Source: Ascoidea asiatica JCM 7603
Lineage: Eukaryota > Fungi > Ascomycota
DNA: 64,000 nt
NCBI GenBank assembly: GCA_001600695.1
Contig: BCKQ01000001.1
Coordinates: 70,423-134,422, forward strand
Direction of reading: 5' to 3'
The position numbers were made by a program, and so were the translations under genes. The notes under the pieces are model-generated. The model did no database searches. It saw only the letters and a list, made by a program, of their open reading frames with translations, and was not told the origin of the DNA. Shown here piece by piece: positions 38,497 through 50,511 of the stretch; positions within the stretch are counted from its first letter, which is position 1, and each line of letters begins with the position of its first letter.

Positions 38497-38910
38497 ATTG
38501 TTATTAGTATTGATATTTGAGTTTGGAGTTTCTGATTTGGTTTTGATATTATCATTTGTATTTGTATTATTTAAACCAGTATCATTATTAGAATTGCTGG
38601 CAATATTATTAATATTCCCATTTTGATCAACAGAATTTGAGTCTTCAAGAGTTTTCTCAACCCATGAAAAATCAGCAACTCCAGAAGATGCTAATTTATC
38701 TCTCCAAATACTTCTTAAATCTTGAAGAGTTGCTTCGTCTATACCATTATTTTCGAAATCATCTCTGGAATCAGCAATTACTTTTTCTATTACAGTTTCA
38801 TATAAAACAGACTAAAATATTTAATAATTGTTAATTATTTTGATATTCAAATATAAAAAAAAAAGAAAACAAGTTAAAGAAGGGCCACTTACAATTTCTG
38901 AGCTTGACAT
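37882..38910 (-). CDS. TOA1: TFIIA large subunit, two exons (38910-38893 and 38811-37882)
   Basis: The spliced translation MSSSEI|SVLYETVIEKVIADSRDDFENNGIDEATLQDLRSIW... is stop-free through to LCLYDKVQRVRNKWKCTLKEG...GEADW. Both conserved Toa1 ends are present. Confidence 0.92.
38812..38892 (-). other. 81-nt spliceosomal intron in TOA1
   Basis: GTAAGT donor, degenerate branch site AATTAAC and TTTTAG acceptor. Removal restores the Toa1 frame. Confidence 0.85.
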
Positions 38911-39171
38911 GATAATAAATAATTAATTAAACAAAGTTATAATGAATATGATAAAAGTCCTTTATGGTTAATGAATACAGTCTGAAAGAATTAATAGTCC
39001 TTTATGCTTGTTGTTTTATTGAAAGTGATTCATTTTGCCCCTTGTGACGGAGAAAAGTTATCAAAAACAAAAGCATCAAAAACACCAAAAGTCTGAAGGC
39101 AGTGAAAATAATGAAAATTACGAGAACAACGAAAATAATGAGAAATTAAGAAAAAAGAAGGGCAGGTGAAA

Positions 39172-39263
39172 TTACGTAATTATGGTATGTAATTAGGTGA
39201 TGGCTTATGTAATCCGCGTTATGTAATTTATTACGTAATTTGGATTGGTAATATATTACATAA
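39172..39263. promoter_or_regulatory. cluster of TTACRTAA bZIP-type sites upstream of TOA1
   Basis: TTACGTAA at 39172 and 39231, TTATGTAA at 39205 and 39219, TTACATAA at 39256. Confidence 0.55.
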
Positions 39264-39547
39264 TGCGGTTTTGTTTTTTTGAAATTAAATTAAAAATTAA
39301 TTTAGACTGAAATGAACATAAAAGTATATAAAATATATAAAAACATATAAAAACGTATAAAAACGTATAAAAACATATAAAAACATATAAAATGAATGAA
39401 ATAAAAATGTATTAACAAAGATAATAAGCAGAAAAGAAGCATAAAAGAACATTAAATAACTAGAAAACTTAATAACTAGAAAAGTGGCCGAAAAAAAAAG
39501 CAAAGGAGAATTGAGAAAAACTTGTAAATATGTCATCGTAACCAAAT

Positions 39548-39877
39548 CTAAGTAGAAACAAAAAAACAAGAGAAAATTATTTCACACCATCCTATATCAT
39601 CACTATTATTACCAACACTTGATTGAGAAAAAGATGAACGATTTTCGTTAATGGAAACGGATTGCTTGATTAATTCCTCTGATATTGGAGATTGAGCTGA
39701 AGAATCTGTATTATTATTTTCGTTTGAATTATTTTTGATAATAGATGCAGTATTTGAATTTGATCCTATGGCATCAGAAGTTGCAATAATAGTTGAAGAT
39801 CTTTTAGGTTGTCTATCCATAATTATATCCGGTAATTCTGTGGAATTACTATTGTTATTGTTATTAAAAGAATTCAT
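39548..39877 (-). CDS. small disordered protein with a Cys-containing hydrophobic C-terminal tail
   Basis: 109-codon ATG ORF with coding-like composition, ending in GWCEIIFSCFFVST. Confidence 0.55.
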   Translation of the reverse strand: MNSFNNNNNSNSTELPDIIMDRQPKRSSTIIATSDAIGSNSNTASIIKNNSNENNNTDSSAQSPISEELIKQSVSINENRSSFSQSSVGNNSDDIGWCEIIFSCFFVST

Positions 39878-41575
39878 TTCATGAATTTAGTTATATATGT
39901 TTTATATTCATTCTAAAAAAAAAACATAACAAAATGTAGAGAATATTATCAGTTATTATATAATAACATTTGAAAAAGCAATTTAATATCTATTTCCTTT
40001 ATGAATTTTTAACTAACAATATGACGAGTAAAGTTTCTATTTTTTCAAATTAATTGAAGAATTTTTGAAAAAAAAAGGCCATTATATTGAAGTGAAAAAA
40101 TTATGTTTATTAGAATAAATTTAAAATTTAAGTTTAATCTAACATGTTATTTAGTTCAATTGAAAAGTTGCAGTATATTTCGAAAAATATATGAAAAACA
40201 ATTTTGTCATATAGATAAACAATTTAATTGGATAAAATTTTAGTAAAAATGATAATTTCAAATAATTTTAGTTAATTACAAATGAAATGAGCTGAAATCG
40301 GTTACTCGAATATTTTAATTTTTATTCTTGAATCTGCAAAAAACTGTTTCGTTTTGCACGCCAGGAACAGACAAAAAGTTACTGAATGCAAAAAAGCTTC
40401 TTTAGTTTGAATATGAAGAGAGATTTTAACCATGAAAAAAAGCAAAATTGAATCTGTGTTAAGAAAATTTGATGATATTATATTTTTGCCTAAAAACATT
40501 CTAAATTCAGATATTTAGATCTCATTGAACCGAGAAAACTAGCTAAATCTTTAGGAATAGTATATTAGTACCAGTACTTATTGAAAATAACTTAAAAATA
40601 AATCTACCTTTGAGTTTTACATCCTAATTCATTCATTTCGAAATAAATATTTCAACATTTCCAAAATTTTGTTTTCTTGAAACGAAAAAAAATGGAAGAG
40701 AACATCTATGTACTTTGCTGTTTAAAGCGGGTACCCTTCTGTACTGTATCCGATTGCTTTGGAATGACTAGCGAACAGCCCAATTGAAAACCCAGTTTGG
40801 GGTGTTCGCTAAACACAAAACCGGATTTTTTTAAGGGCGGCACCCTGTCCACCTTTTACAATTATCGGTACGCTTTTAGTGCACCGAGAATGACTGTTAG
40901 TATAATCAGGGCTCTAATGGTAGACTTCTCGGATGGCGGCAAATTTCCCAATACGGTTAGCCGCGCTGAGATAAATGCGCTGGAGACTTCTCGCTGAAAC
41001 CTGCGCTGTGAAAATTGGACTTTCACTGCTTATACGCACTGTATACAGATTTCTGCCATTCATAACCTAGAACTGCTTTGTTTTTTTCATTGTCGCTTTC
41101 CTTTATTAGATCTGCGTGTAATTTTGGGACTGCGTTGTCCTGCCTCTTTCTACCGGCACCCACACTTTCCGAATTCAAATCCCCAGGTATATAAGCATCG
41201 CTAGTTGCACCTTTATTTTATTTGATTTAGATCTATTCTATTCAATTTAGTTTTCATTTATCTTTAATTTTATCCATTATATTCTATAGTTAGTTACTTA
41301 AATTTTTCTTCAAAGTAATAGGTTGTTAAGTTATATATTTTGCTCTTTTTTTCTATTATTTTATTCAAAATCTCGTTTATCAAAACATTTTAAAATAATT
41401 AACTTCATTGTCTTAATTCATATCTCATCCCCTGATCTTCATTTCTGAAATATATAACAATAACCAAAAAATAGCTAATATTCCTAATCATTGAATCATA
41501 AAGAATAATCTAAAGTATTTATCTTTAAAATACTTATATAATTTAATTTACTCGAAATCTTCATTAAATATCAAT

Positions 41576-42592
41576 ATGTCTCAATTTGTTGAACAATCAT
41601 ATTATCCAAACCAAGCTCAATATTCCAATCAAAATCAAACCCCTAATCAATCACAATATTTAAACCAAATCCAAAGTCAAAATCTAAATCTAAATCATGA
41701 TTTGAATAATAATAATAATAATAGTAATTTATCATATTCTGCTAATTTTAACAACTATAATTACAACAATAATCAAATTGATTTGTCTTCTATTTCAAAC
41801 ATTTCAAATATTATTGATATCCCAAATATTCCGATTAATACCAGTAACAATGATAATAATAATAATAATGATAATACTCCTAGTACTTTAAATCAAGATA
41901 TTTATACTAATTATTTGCATAATAATTCCAAATCAAATCACAATTTAAATCATTATATTCCATCTCAACGCTCAAATTCTCAATCTCAACAAGAAACTAA
42001 TTCTCCTATTGATAATCTTTATTCTTCATCTATCTCATTTCAAAAACATGAACAAAATTTAAATATAGAACAAGATGATCAATTTCAAGAAAATATTCAT
42101 GTACCAGAACAACAATATCAAAATGATACTCAAATTCAAAATCAACAACTTATTGTTGAATCTGTAGTTCAAGAACAACCTTTTTATGTAAATGCAAAAC
42201 AATATCATAGAATTTTGAAAAGAAGAACTGCAAGAGCAAAATTAGAAGAAATATTGAAAAATCAAAGAGTTAGAAAACCTTATTTACATGAATCAAGACA
42301 TAGACATGCAATGAGAAGACCAAGAGGTCAAGGTGGAAGATTTTTAACTGCTGCTGAAATTGCAGAAAGAAAAAGATTAGAAGCTACTCAAAATGATTTA
42401 AGTAAAGTTAAAGATATTACTAAAAGTGAGAATACAAATAAAAATGAAAATAAAGATAATGATAATAACCTCAAAAAGATTATCAAAGATAGTATCGAAG
42501 ATAATATTAAAGATAATAAAGATAATATTAAAGATAATATTAAAGAAGATATTATAAATAATTCTTCAACTATCGGTTTGAGTAGAACTTAA
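41576..42592 (+). CDS. HAP2: CCAAT-binding factor subunit (NF-YA)
   Basis: [18 protein letters not shown]...[26 protein letters not shown]. Confidence 0.95.
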   Translation: MSQFVEQSYYPNQAQYSNQNQTPNQSQYLNQIQSQNLNLNHDLNNNNNNSNLSYSANFNNYNYNNNQIDLSSISNISNIIDIPNIPINTSNNDNNNNNDNTPSTLNQDIYTNYLHNNSKSNHNLNHYIPSQRSNSQSQQETNSPIDNLYSSSISFQKHEQNLNIEQDDQFQENIHVPEQQYQNDTQIQNQQLIVESVVQEQPFYVNAKQYHRILKRRTARAKLEEILKNQRVRKPYLHESRHRHAMRRPRGQGGRFLTAAEIAERKRLEATQNDLSKVKDITKSENTNKNENKDNDNNLKKIIKDSIEDNIKDNKDNIKDNIKEDIINNSSTIGLSRT

Positions 42593-43014
42593 ACTAACAT
42601 ATTATTTCATTTCACTCTATTTACTCTATTTACTTATTTCATCTCTTTCACTTCTTTCAATTCTCGTGTGGTAAGGAATTTTTTATTCCTAAATTTCTAT
42701 TTTTTTGTCTTAGTATCGATATAGACTAACTAGTTAATTAGTTAATTACTTTATTTAAATCCAAATTCTCTACATTATTCAAATTACTTTTCTAATTTTT
42801 TTTTTCAATTATATATAAAAGATAACTTTTTTATTATTCATTACACATATTCAAAATAAAATCATTCAATTAAAAAACTATTTAACTAGAAAAAATATTC
42901 ATATTCTTTTTTTTTTTTGTATTTCTTTTTATATAAAAATTTTAATCAAAAATATTGCCTATATTCTTTATAACTAAAAATTTAAAACCATTATTAAAAG
43001 TAAAATGTTTAAAA

Positions 43015-44121
43015 TTATTCAAGATCTTGAGGATAAACTAAACCATTTTGTTTTCTAACTTCATCCATCATTCCTATAACCAAAAGAGATTCATCATGTG
43101 GTACAATTGAACTTTCAGTTTTTCCATTAAAAATATCAATTGCAACTTGATTTGCTTCATGGATTAAACCATGAAATGGAGCTTGTTTAAAATTTTTTTC
43201 AATTGTTTTTAAATTTTCTTCATCATTATTAAATTTAATTTTATAATAACTTGGTTCAGAAGTAAAATCACCACCAATATAAATTGTACCTAATTCACCT
43301 TCAATTTTTTCAAAAATAAAATCACTTTTATTCATAAAACTTGGAGTTAAAATACCTTGAATATTATTATCAGTTTGAATAATAATTGAATCTTCATAAT
43401 CAATATTATTTTTAATTAATTGAAAAGATTTAATTTTAAAATTAGTATGATTTAAACCTAAATTTTGAATTGGATCAGAAAATAATCTAAAATGAGTAAA
43501 ATTATAAATTCCAACATCTAATAAAGCACCACCACCAAATTTATTATTTTTTAATCTTGAAGTTTCTGGTAAATTATCTAAATCCATATTAATACCAAAA
43601 TCTACAATAATTCTATTAACTTTTCCAATAATTTTTTTATTATGAATTAAATCTTGTAATTGTAAGACCATTGGAAAAAATCTTGTCCAAACAGCTTCCA
43701 TTAAAAATAATTTTTTTTCTTTTGCAAAATTAATTAATTTTTTTGCTTGTTTTAAATTTATACAAATTGGTTTTTCAACTAAAACATGTTTATTATTTTC
43801 TAAAGCTTTTAAACTATGTTCATAATGATAACTATGTGGTAAACCAAGATAAATAATATCAACATTAGGATTTGAATAAACTTGATTATAAGTTTGAATT
43901 TTTGGAGAAATATTATAATTATTAATTACAAATTTATTTGAAAAAGTTTCACCTTTTGAAATACTTGAACAACCAATTGCAGTTATTATATGTTTTACAT
44001 TTGGAGTTTCATTTGGAAATCTAACAGATAAATCTTCAACAAATTGAGTTGAAATAAAACCTGTTGCAATTACACCCCATCTTAAAGTAGGAATTTTCGA
44101 AGTAGTATTAGAAGAAGACAT
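43015..44121 (-). CDS. Gfo/Idh/MocA family NAD(P) oxidoreductase (dihydrodiol/xylose dehydrogenase-like)
   Basis: LRWGVIATGFIS Rossmann fold, HVLVEKP, MEAVWTRFFP and GGALLDVGIY. Confidence 0.9.
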   Translation of the reverse strand: MSSSNTTSKIPTLRWGVIATGFISTQFVEDLSVRFPNETPNVKHIITAIGCSSISKGETFSNKFVINNYNISPKIQTYNQVYSNPNVDIIYLGLPHSYHYEHSLKALENNKHVLVEKPICINLKQAKKLINFAKEKKLFLMEAVWTRFFPMVLQLQDLIHNKKIIGKVNRIIVDFGINMDLDNLPETSRLKNNKFGGGALLDVGIYNFTHFRLFSDPIQNLGLNHTNFKIKSFQLIKNNIDYEDSIIIQTDNNIQGILTPSFMNKSDFIFEKIEGELGTIYIGGDFTSEPSYYKIKFNNDEENLKTIEKNFKQAPFHGLIHEANQVAIDIFNGKTESSIVPHDESLLVIGMMDEVRKQNGLVYPQDLE

Positions 44122-44830
44122 AATTAAGAAAACTGATATTCAATTTCACTAGTTTTAATTATAAATATAATTCAATTATAAATATAATCCAATTGATAAG
44201 TATTATAAGAAAAGAAGATGAATTGAAATAAGGGGATGGTGTCTATTTTATAGCTTCTTTTACAACTTGTTTTACAACTTGTTTTACAACTTCTTTTATA
44301 GCTTGTTTTATACCTATTTCTAGGTCGAGGAAATTCCATTGCCAGTGCTCCGTTAACTCCGAGATTATTCGGGGATGACGTTGAGAGAAAGAGACAGAGT
44401 TAAAGTAATGCACGTGACTTCTCCCGGAGAAAAGTGCCGAATCGGGCAGGGTTCAAAACAAGACAGAAAATAAACAAAAAAAAATAAAAGAATGAATGAA
44501 TGAATGAATATAATCAACAGAGTGAATTAGTGAATGAATGAATGATGAATGAAAAGAACTACTTCAATTGAAGAAAGAAGAGTAAGAGTAATGCAAGATG
44601 ATATGTATTTGAAAAAAGCAAAAAAAAATGTAAATGCCAAAGAATTTTGAAAAGGGCATTTAAGAATAATGGTATACTAAAGAATTTAAATTTTAGAAAA
44701 TAAAACAATTTTAAGAAATTATAATGAAAAATATAAAAGTAAAAGCAATATTTCTTTTTTTTTAGTTTTCATTTAAAAGAAAATAAAATGATAAATTTAT
44801 GAATATAAGAATAAGAGTATAGGAAATTAA

Positions 44831-45721
44831 TTAAGCTTCAGAAGGAGCATTACCTAAGAAACCAAAATTTTTTTCAACACCCCAAGAATTTTCAGTTTTC
44901 CATAATTCATTAAAAGCAGAAAATAAAATTGCATCATTACCACAAGAAGCTTTAATTGAAGCTAAAGCAGTTTTTTGTTCTTCAACACCAGGAATTGCAA
45001 CATTATCAGCAGTACCAGCCCATGGCCAACCAGTTTCTAAAACTACAACATCTTTTGGATAACCATGTTCATTACAAAAACTCCAGACAGCTTGAATATG
45101 ACTTAATAAATAATCACCAGCTTTTTCAGCAGTACTATTATCAAAAAATGGATGAGCATTAACACCAATATAATCATTAGTTTCACAAAGTGATGGATTA
45201 CCATAATAAGAAGAAATTGTATCTGCAGAAACAAATTTACCAGGAAAAATTGATAAAATTTCTTTTGCTTCTGAAATCATATTTGAAACTTCATCAGCAG
45301 TGTACCAAGAATTATAAACTAATTCATTACCAATTACAACAGTATCAATAACATTATTAAATTCTTTACCAGCTAAACCACAACTTGCTTCAATTGATTC
45401 AATTTCAGTTTGCATTAAATCTTTTGAACTTACACTATTTATAGCTACAATTAATTTTTGAGAATCAGTCATACCTTGTAAAGCATATTGAACAACATCA
45501 CAATCATTTGAATATAATCTAATTAAAGAATAATCTTGTAAATTAGAAACATCAGAAGTTATTTCTGAACCTGAACGACAATTATTATCTTTATTAAAAG
45601 GAGTATAAGTTGTACCTTTATAACCAGAAGCATAATCTGGAATTGTAATACTTCTTTTAGCTAAAGTTGCACCATTTACGGCGGCTATTAATGATAAAAT
45701 AACACTTGAAGAGAATTTCAT
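44831..45721 (-). CDS. secreted GH17 cell-wall glucanase/transglucosylase (Scw4/Scw10/MP65-like)
   Basis: Signal peptide, KR Kex2 site, IRLYSNDC, IGNE and LETGWP catalytic motifs, and NAHPFFD. Confidence 0.88.
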   Translation of the reverse strand: MKFSSSVILSLIAAVNGATLAKRSITIPDYASGYKGTTYTPFNKDNNCRSGSEITSDVSNLQDYSLIRLYSNDCDVVQYALQGMTDSQKLIVAINSVSSKDLMQTEIESIEASCGLAGKEFNNVIDTVVIGNELVYNSWYTADEVSNMISEAKEILSIFPGKFVSADTISSYYGNPSLCETNDYIGVNAHPFFDNSTAEKAGDYLLSHIQAVWSFCNEHGYPKDVVVLETGWPWAGTADNVAIPGVEEQKTALASIKASCGNDAILFSAFNELWKTENSWGVEKNFGFLGNAPSEA

Positions 45722-45742
45722 TTTGAATTATATATTTGAATA

Positions 45743-45782
<40 letters not shown>

Positions 45783-46933
45783 TATAATATTGTATATTAA
45801 TATTTTGAATAAGTAATTATAAAATTACTAAAAGAAAAAAAGGTTTTTTTTTTTGGAAGTTAAGCGAATGTGTAAGAAGTTAATATTAATTTAATGAATT
45901 AAAATAAACTTAAGGAAAAAAAAGAGAAAATGAAAGAAATAATTTAAAGAGATAATTAAAAGAGATAATTTGAAAGTATTTATATAGAATACAGAATCAG
46001 ATTGAAATATATTTCATAAAGGAGTTGAAGGAGTTTGAAATTAGCAATTAGATTAATATTTGGTTACCCCCAAGTAATAACTATAATACAGTAAAGTATT
46101 GTTTATTTAGTTGCTGATAGTGTTTAACCGGTTATGGTTTATTATTTAATAATATTTAATAATATTTAATAATATTTAAGAAGTATTTGTTGAATGTTAC
46201 ATTATTCAATGAAAAGTTAATGAGATTTACAAAAAAAGTGAAGTAAAAAGTAGGCTGAAACTTATTCATTCGTCAATTTCATTGGGTAATTCTCATTGAA
46301 TTGTTTACTTTAAACACAGAGTTTAATTCTTTGGAATGAAAGGTTTAAAAATATCACAATTTATATAACTGGAATGAATTGAACTTTTTTAACTTAAGTA
46401 TTTCAAGAAATCATTGAAATTTTTTTTTTTCATTAAATAAAAGTTTCAACATTTGAATTTGAATGAAGTTGTTGTGGGTAATATTTAAGATTCAAGTTAT
46501 TTATGGTTCAAATGTGGGAAAGAATTGAATAAATTCATTCACCTGAAACAATTATTCAAAAGAAGATTAATAAATTAATTAATCAAAGAATTGAAGAATT
46601 AAATGGACAATTTAAAGAAAGATCTGATATTTTCTTTGTTAATTCTTTCATTCTTTCTTTCTTTTAATGTTTTTTTGTTTTTGTTTAAGAGAATGAACCA
46701 AAATAAACCAAAATAAACCAAAATAAACCAAAATAAAATAAAACAAAATAAATATTCAAATTCAGAGCCAGTGAGTCGAAGCTCACGTAAGCACTCGCCT
46801 TGCCCCGTTTGCTTCTCCTGCGCAACGCAAACCGACAACAAAGTTGATCAAATTCTGCATCGCCTGATCTCTCCGCGCGCAACGTCGCCACAACCCACGC
46901 TTTGTTTTGCCACAACTTCCAAACTTTTCACTT

Positions 46934-47003
46934 GAGTAATACTAAGTGAGTAATACTAAGTGAGTAATACTAAGTGAGTAAAACTAAGTGAGTAAAACTA
47001 AGT
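46934..47003 (+). repeat. five tandem copies of the 14-mer GAGTAAWACTAAGT
   Basis: Units start at 46934, 46948, 46962, 46976 and 46990. The unit matches the outer end of the inverted repeat at 50002. Confidence 0.95.
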
Positions 47004-47408
47004 GAAGTCACAGCATCTCTCGTGGCAGATACTAATTTCCTATTTAGTTAATATCCGCGTCACGTGTTTAAAAAATGAACTTTTGAAAAATCTCAGCGGA
47101 AATCACCCAAAATCCGGGAAATAACCGCATTTAAATCCGACAAAGGATTTAAAATCGGGCCCGAAGGTTTTAAGAGGGACAGGAAAGTATTAACATGGGA
47201 AACCAGGTACCCTCTATAAATGGAACGTATATTTTAAGAGATATGTTTAAACCGACCGATCATTTACCGGAAATGACAAACCGGTTACTTGACTCGTAAA
47301 TGTTTTTTGAAACACCGAGGTCTGTTCTGAAAGAAATTCATATTTCAAAACTCAAACAATTGAAAAAAAGAGACTTTATTCCTCTTTTCACTTAGTGTTA
47401 TGTTACTC
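46934..47408. mobile_element. degenerate inverted-repeat-bounded cassette (copy 1, MITE-like)
   Basis: The left end GAGTAAAACTAAGTGAAGTCACAGCATCTCT matches the 50002 repeat. The right end TTCACTTAGTGTTA(TGTTA)CTC is a decayed inverted copy. Confidence 0.45.
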
Positions 47409-47664
47409 TTGAAATACTTCAATTTTAATTGCAAATTCAATCTGAAATTACAATAAAATATCAACACGTGACAATTGCAAATATGTATAACTAACAGTTA
47501 CATGCCTGACTGCACACAGCACTACATAATAACTGGTTGAAGCCAATTTAATGGGACTGAAACCTTAAAACATGAGACCACTTTTATGGTACACTATTTT
47601 ACAAAAGTTAATATCAAAAAATATTTATTAGTGTAAATGATTTAAGTAATAATAATTATAATAA

Positions 47665-47873
47665 TTATAATATTGAAATTAGAAATTTAGAAATTTGATT
47701 AAAGAAATTTGAAATTTTTCTTTTATTATTGTTATTTTCAATATTATTTTCAAAATTATTTATATAATTTAATAAAATTTTTTTAATATTTTTAAATTCA
47801 TTAAAATAACATTTAAATAAAATTCCATTAACATGTTTTTTAATAAAAATTGGTTTAATAATTAATTTATTAT

Positions 47874-47907
<34 letters not shown>

Positions 47908-48531
47908 TAATTTATAATAAACTGGTAAAATTTTATTTAAATAATTTTTTTTTTTAATAAATTTTATTATTAAAGAATTTAAATTAAATATAATTTTAGA
48001 AAAATTATAATTACCAATTAAAATTTCATAATTTTTAAAATTTAAATCATTATATAAAGAAATTAAATGAATTGAATTAAATTTATTTAAATTTAATAAA
48101 TTACAATAAATTTTAAATTTATAATTATAATTTATAAAATTTTTTATATTTAAAAATAAAATTAAATCTGAAAATGGATGAAATAGAACTAATATTGTAT
48201 TACCATTTGATTTACCATTTGATTTACCATTTGTATTATTATTTGAATTTGATAATTTTAAGATATTTTCAATTAAATTTGCATTTGTATATGTATTTTC
48301 ATAATTATTTATTTGAATTTCTAATAAATCAGATTTACAATTAAATTTCCAATTAATTTGATTATTATAAATTTTAAAATGAATTGAATTATATATTTCA
48401 TTTACATTTTCATTTTGAATCTTAAGAGGTAAAATATCTTGACATATTTCATTTTTAAATAAAATATTTGCTTGTTTTAATAAAATTTTATTCATTTTCA
48501 TTTTAATTTTAATTTTAATTTTAATTTTCAT
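47665..48531 (-). CDS. extremely AT-rich orphan ORF (288 aa, I/N/K/L/F-rich)
   Basis: An 867-nt stop-free frame in DNA where TAA would be very frequent by chance. No recognised domain. Confidence 0.55.
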
Positions 48532-50001
48532 TTAATATGCAAAGTTTATAATAGCAAAAATTTAAGCAAGATATAAAGTTATTTAAATAATGAATTAATA
48601 AATTAATAAATTTTATTATTACTATATTAAGTAAATGAAATAAGTTTATAATATTCCCCAATTAAGATAATTTATCAATAATCAATAATCAATAATCAAT
48701 AATCAATAACTAACAATATTCATTTGAAATTTTATTTCTTTGTGTCGCTTTATTTCTGAATTCATATTTTACAATTTCTTAAACTTCAAAACTCACTTTC
48801 TTTAGATTTCATCAAAAAGGGAATCGAACTTAAGTGAATTGAACTTAAGTGAATTGAATTGAATATGACATTGATTTCATTGATATTTGATCTTTGATCT
48901 TTGATCTTTGATGGCTATTTATTATAGTATTACCAATTGGAATATACATGCTGTATATTTATATATCAAATATAAATAAAGTAAACATATTCCAAAAACA
49001 CAGTGGCAATATATACTGTATATAGAGTAATATTGTATATATAGGGTATACAGTATATCGTCTCCAGAACCGCAAACCTGGCGACGAGGTGTAATTTACT
49101 TATATGTTTTTAGCACAGACTATTTTAGTAACTTAATATATAATTATTTAAATTCTGAAGTTGTAATTACTTTATCAACAAAAAACTGGAAAACAAAAGA
49201 TGCTAAAATTAAATCTGCTGGTCCTATCATTTATTTAAAAAGAAAAAATCAAAAATCAAAAATCAAAGATATTACATCCAATTTTGAATTTTCAATATTT
49301 CCAATTCTTCTATTTTATACTTTATTTGATTATTATCATTGAAAGTGACTTCTTAGGATTAGAAAAAATAATTATTATCATCACAAATATTATAGGGTAT
49401 TTATTTCCTCATAGTGTTAAAAGAGAAACTTTAAAAGAGATAAAAAAAAGCTTTAGGAAATGCTATGATTGAGAAACTTAAAACTGATTTTTTTTATTAT
49501 TTGCGAAAAGATGAGATAATTAAATTGATACTGATTTTTAATCCTTCTACTCCATTTTCTTTCTCACTATATTCTCTTTCCCAGAGCCAAACACTTAAAT
49601 TGACCTTAAGTTGATTGTAATGTAATCAAATTTAGATAGTTTTATGTGGTTTTAGCTTATTGTATTATAGGTTCTTGTTCATAGCACTGAATAAATTATT
49701 GAATTAAAGTATCACAGATATCTGAATATTTAGTATTTACGCTAATCAACAATACTCAATTGTAGTCACTAATTTTGTAATTATTCATCTATCTAATTGA
49801 CCAACAAGGTGAAATCTTTTTGAGCCTGGAATTAGTCTTAGTTTTAACTTATTCAAAGGTCATAATAGTGGAACTTTTAGTACTTAATATAAATGTTCCC
49901 ATCAGGTTACATGGTTTTAAAGGTGTAATTTTAAAGGTGTAATTTTAAAAAAATTAATAATTCATCTGAAGTCGACGATTGGTGGTTACGTGGTTGTTGA
50001 A

Positions 50002-50511
50002 GAGTAATACTAAGTGAAGTCACATCATCTCTATTTGAAGATACAACATTGAGATCTTTGCACAATACTATATGATTGTAATAATGAAGTTGATTTAGTT
50101 TGAATTGATTAATTATTTGAAAGATTAGTAAGAACTAATGATCTTTTTGAAGCTTTGAATAAAATGCATAACAGTAGACATTATTGGATTTGAATCCTTT
50201 TAAAGAAAAGAGTAATAAATAAAAGTGCCGGTCAAATTACTGTTTAAACATTTTGGGATTCATTTGTTTGAGGTGGGCCTCTTTTATTGTTTAAAGGCCC
50301 ACAATTATTTATGGGAAAATGGATTTTGGAGAGGATATATTCCATGGTACGGATAAATAGCTAAATGTCAATATAATTTTTGTTTAAAAGTTGCTACGCC
50401 TTATGGTTCCTAATAAAGTAAGTATGCGCCGTTATAAGGCTGAAAATATCTGCAAACATCTCAATGTTGTATCTTCAAATAGAGATGATGTGACTTCACT
50501 TAGTATCACTC
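50002..50511. mobile_element. 510-bp cassette bounded by 61-bp inverted repeats (copy 2, MITE-like)
   Basis: 50002-50062 and 50451-50511 are reverse complements with only 2 mismatches, and the interior is non-coding. Confidence 0.6.

Noticed and set aside
46934-47003. Short direct-repeat array as a CRISPR array
   Set aside because: The 14-bp units are contiguous with no spacers, the context is eukaryotic and there are no cas genes.
47059-47200. Saccharomyces-type point centromere (CDEI-CDEII-CDEIII)
   Set aside because: A CDEI-like site is present, but the following DNA is not a >90% AT CDEII and there is no convincing CDEIII at the expected distance.
50016-50045. Resemblance of GAAGTCACATCATCTCTA to the FRT site
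   Set aside because: Only a few shared bases, no internal 13-bp inverted arms around an 8-bp spacer and no recombinase gene in the window.
50415-50428. ATACTTAC on the minus strand as a U1 snRNA 5' end
   Set aside because: It does not continue as ATACTTACCT, and no U1 stem I/70K loop or Sm site was recognised.
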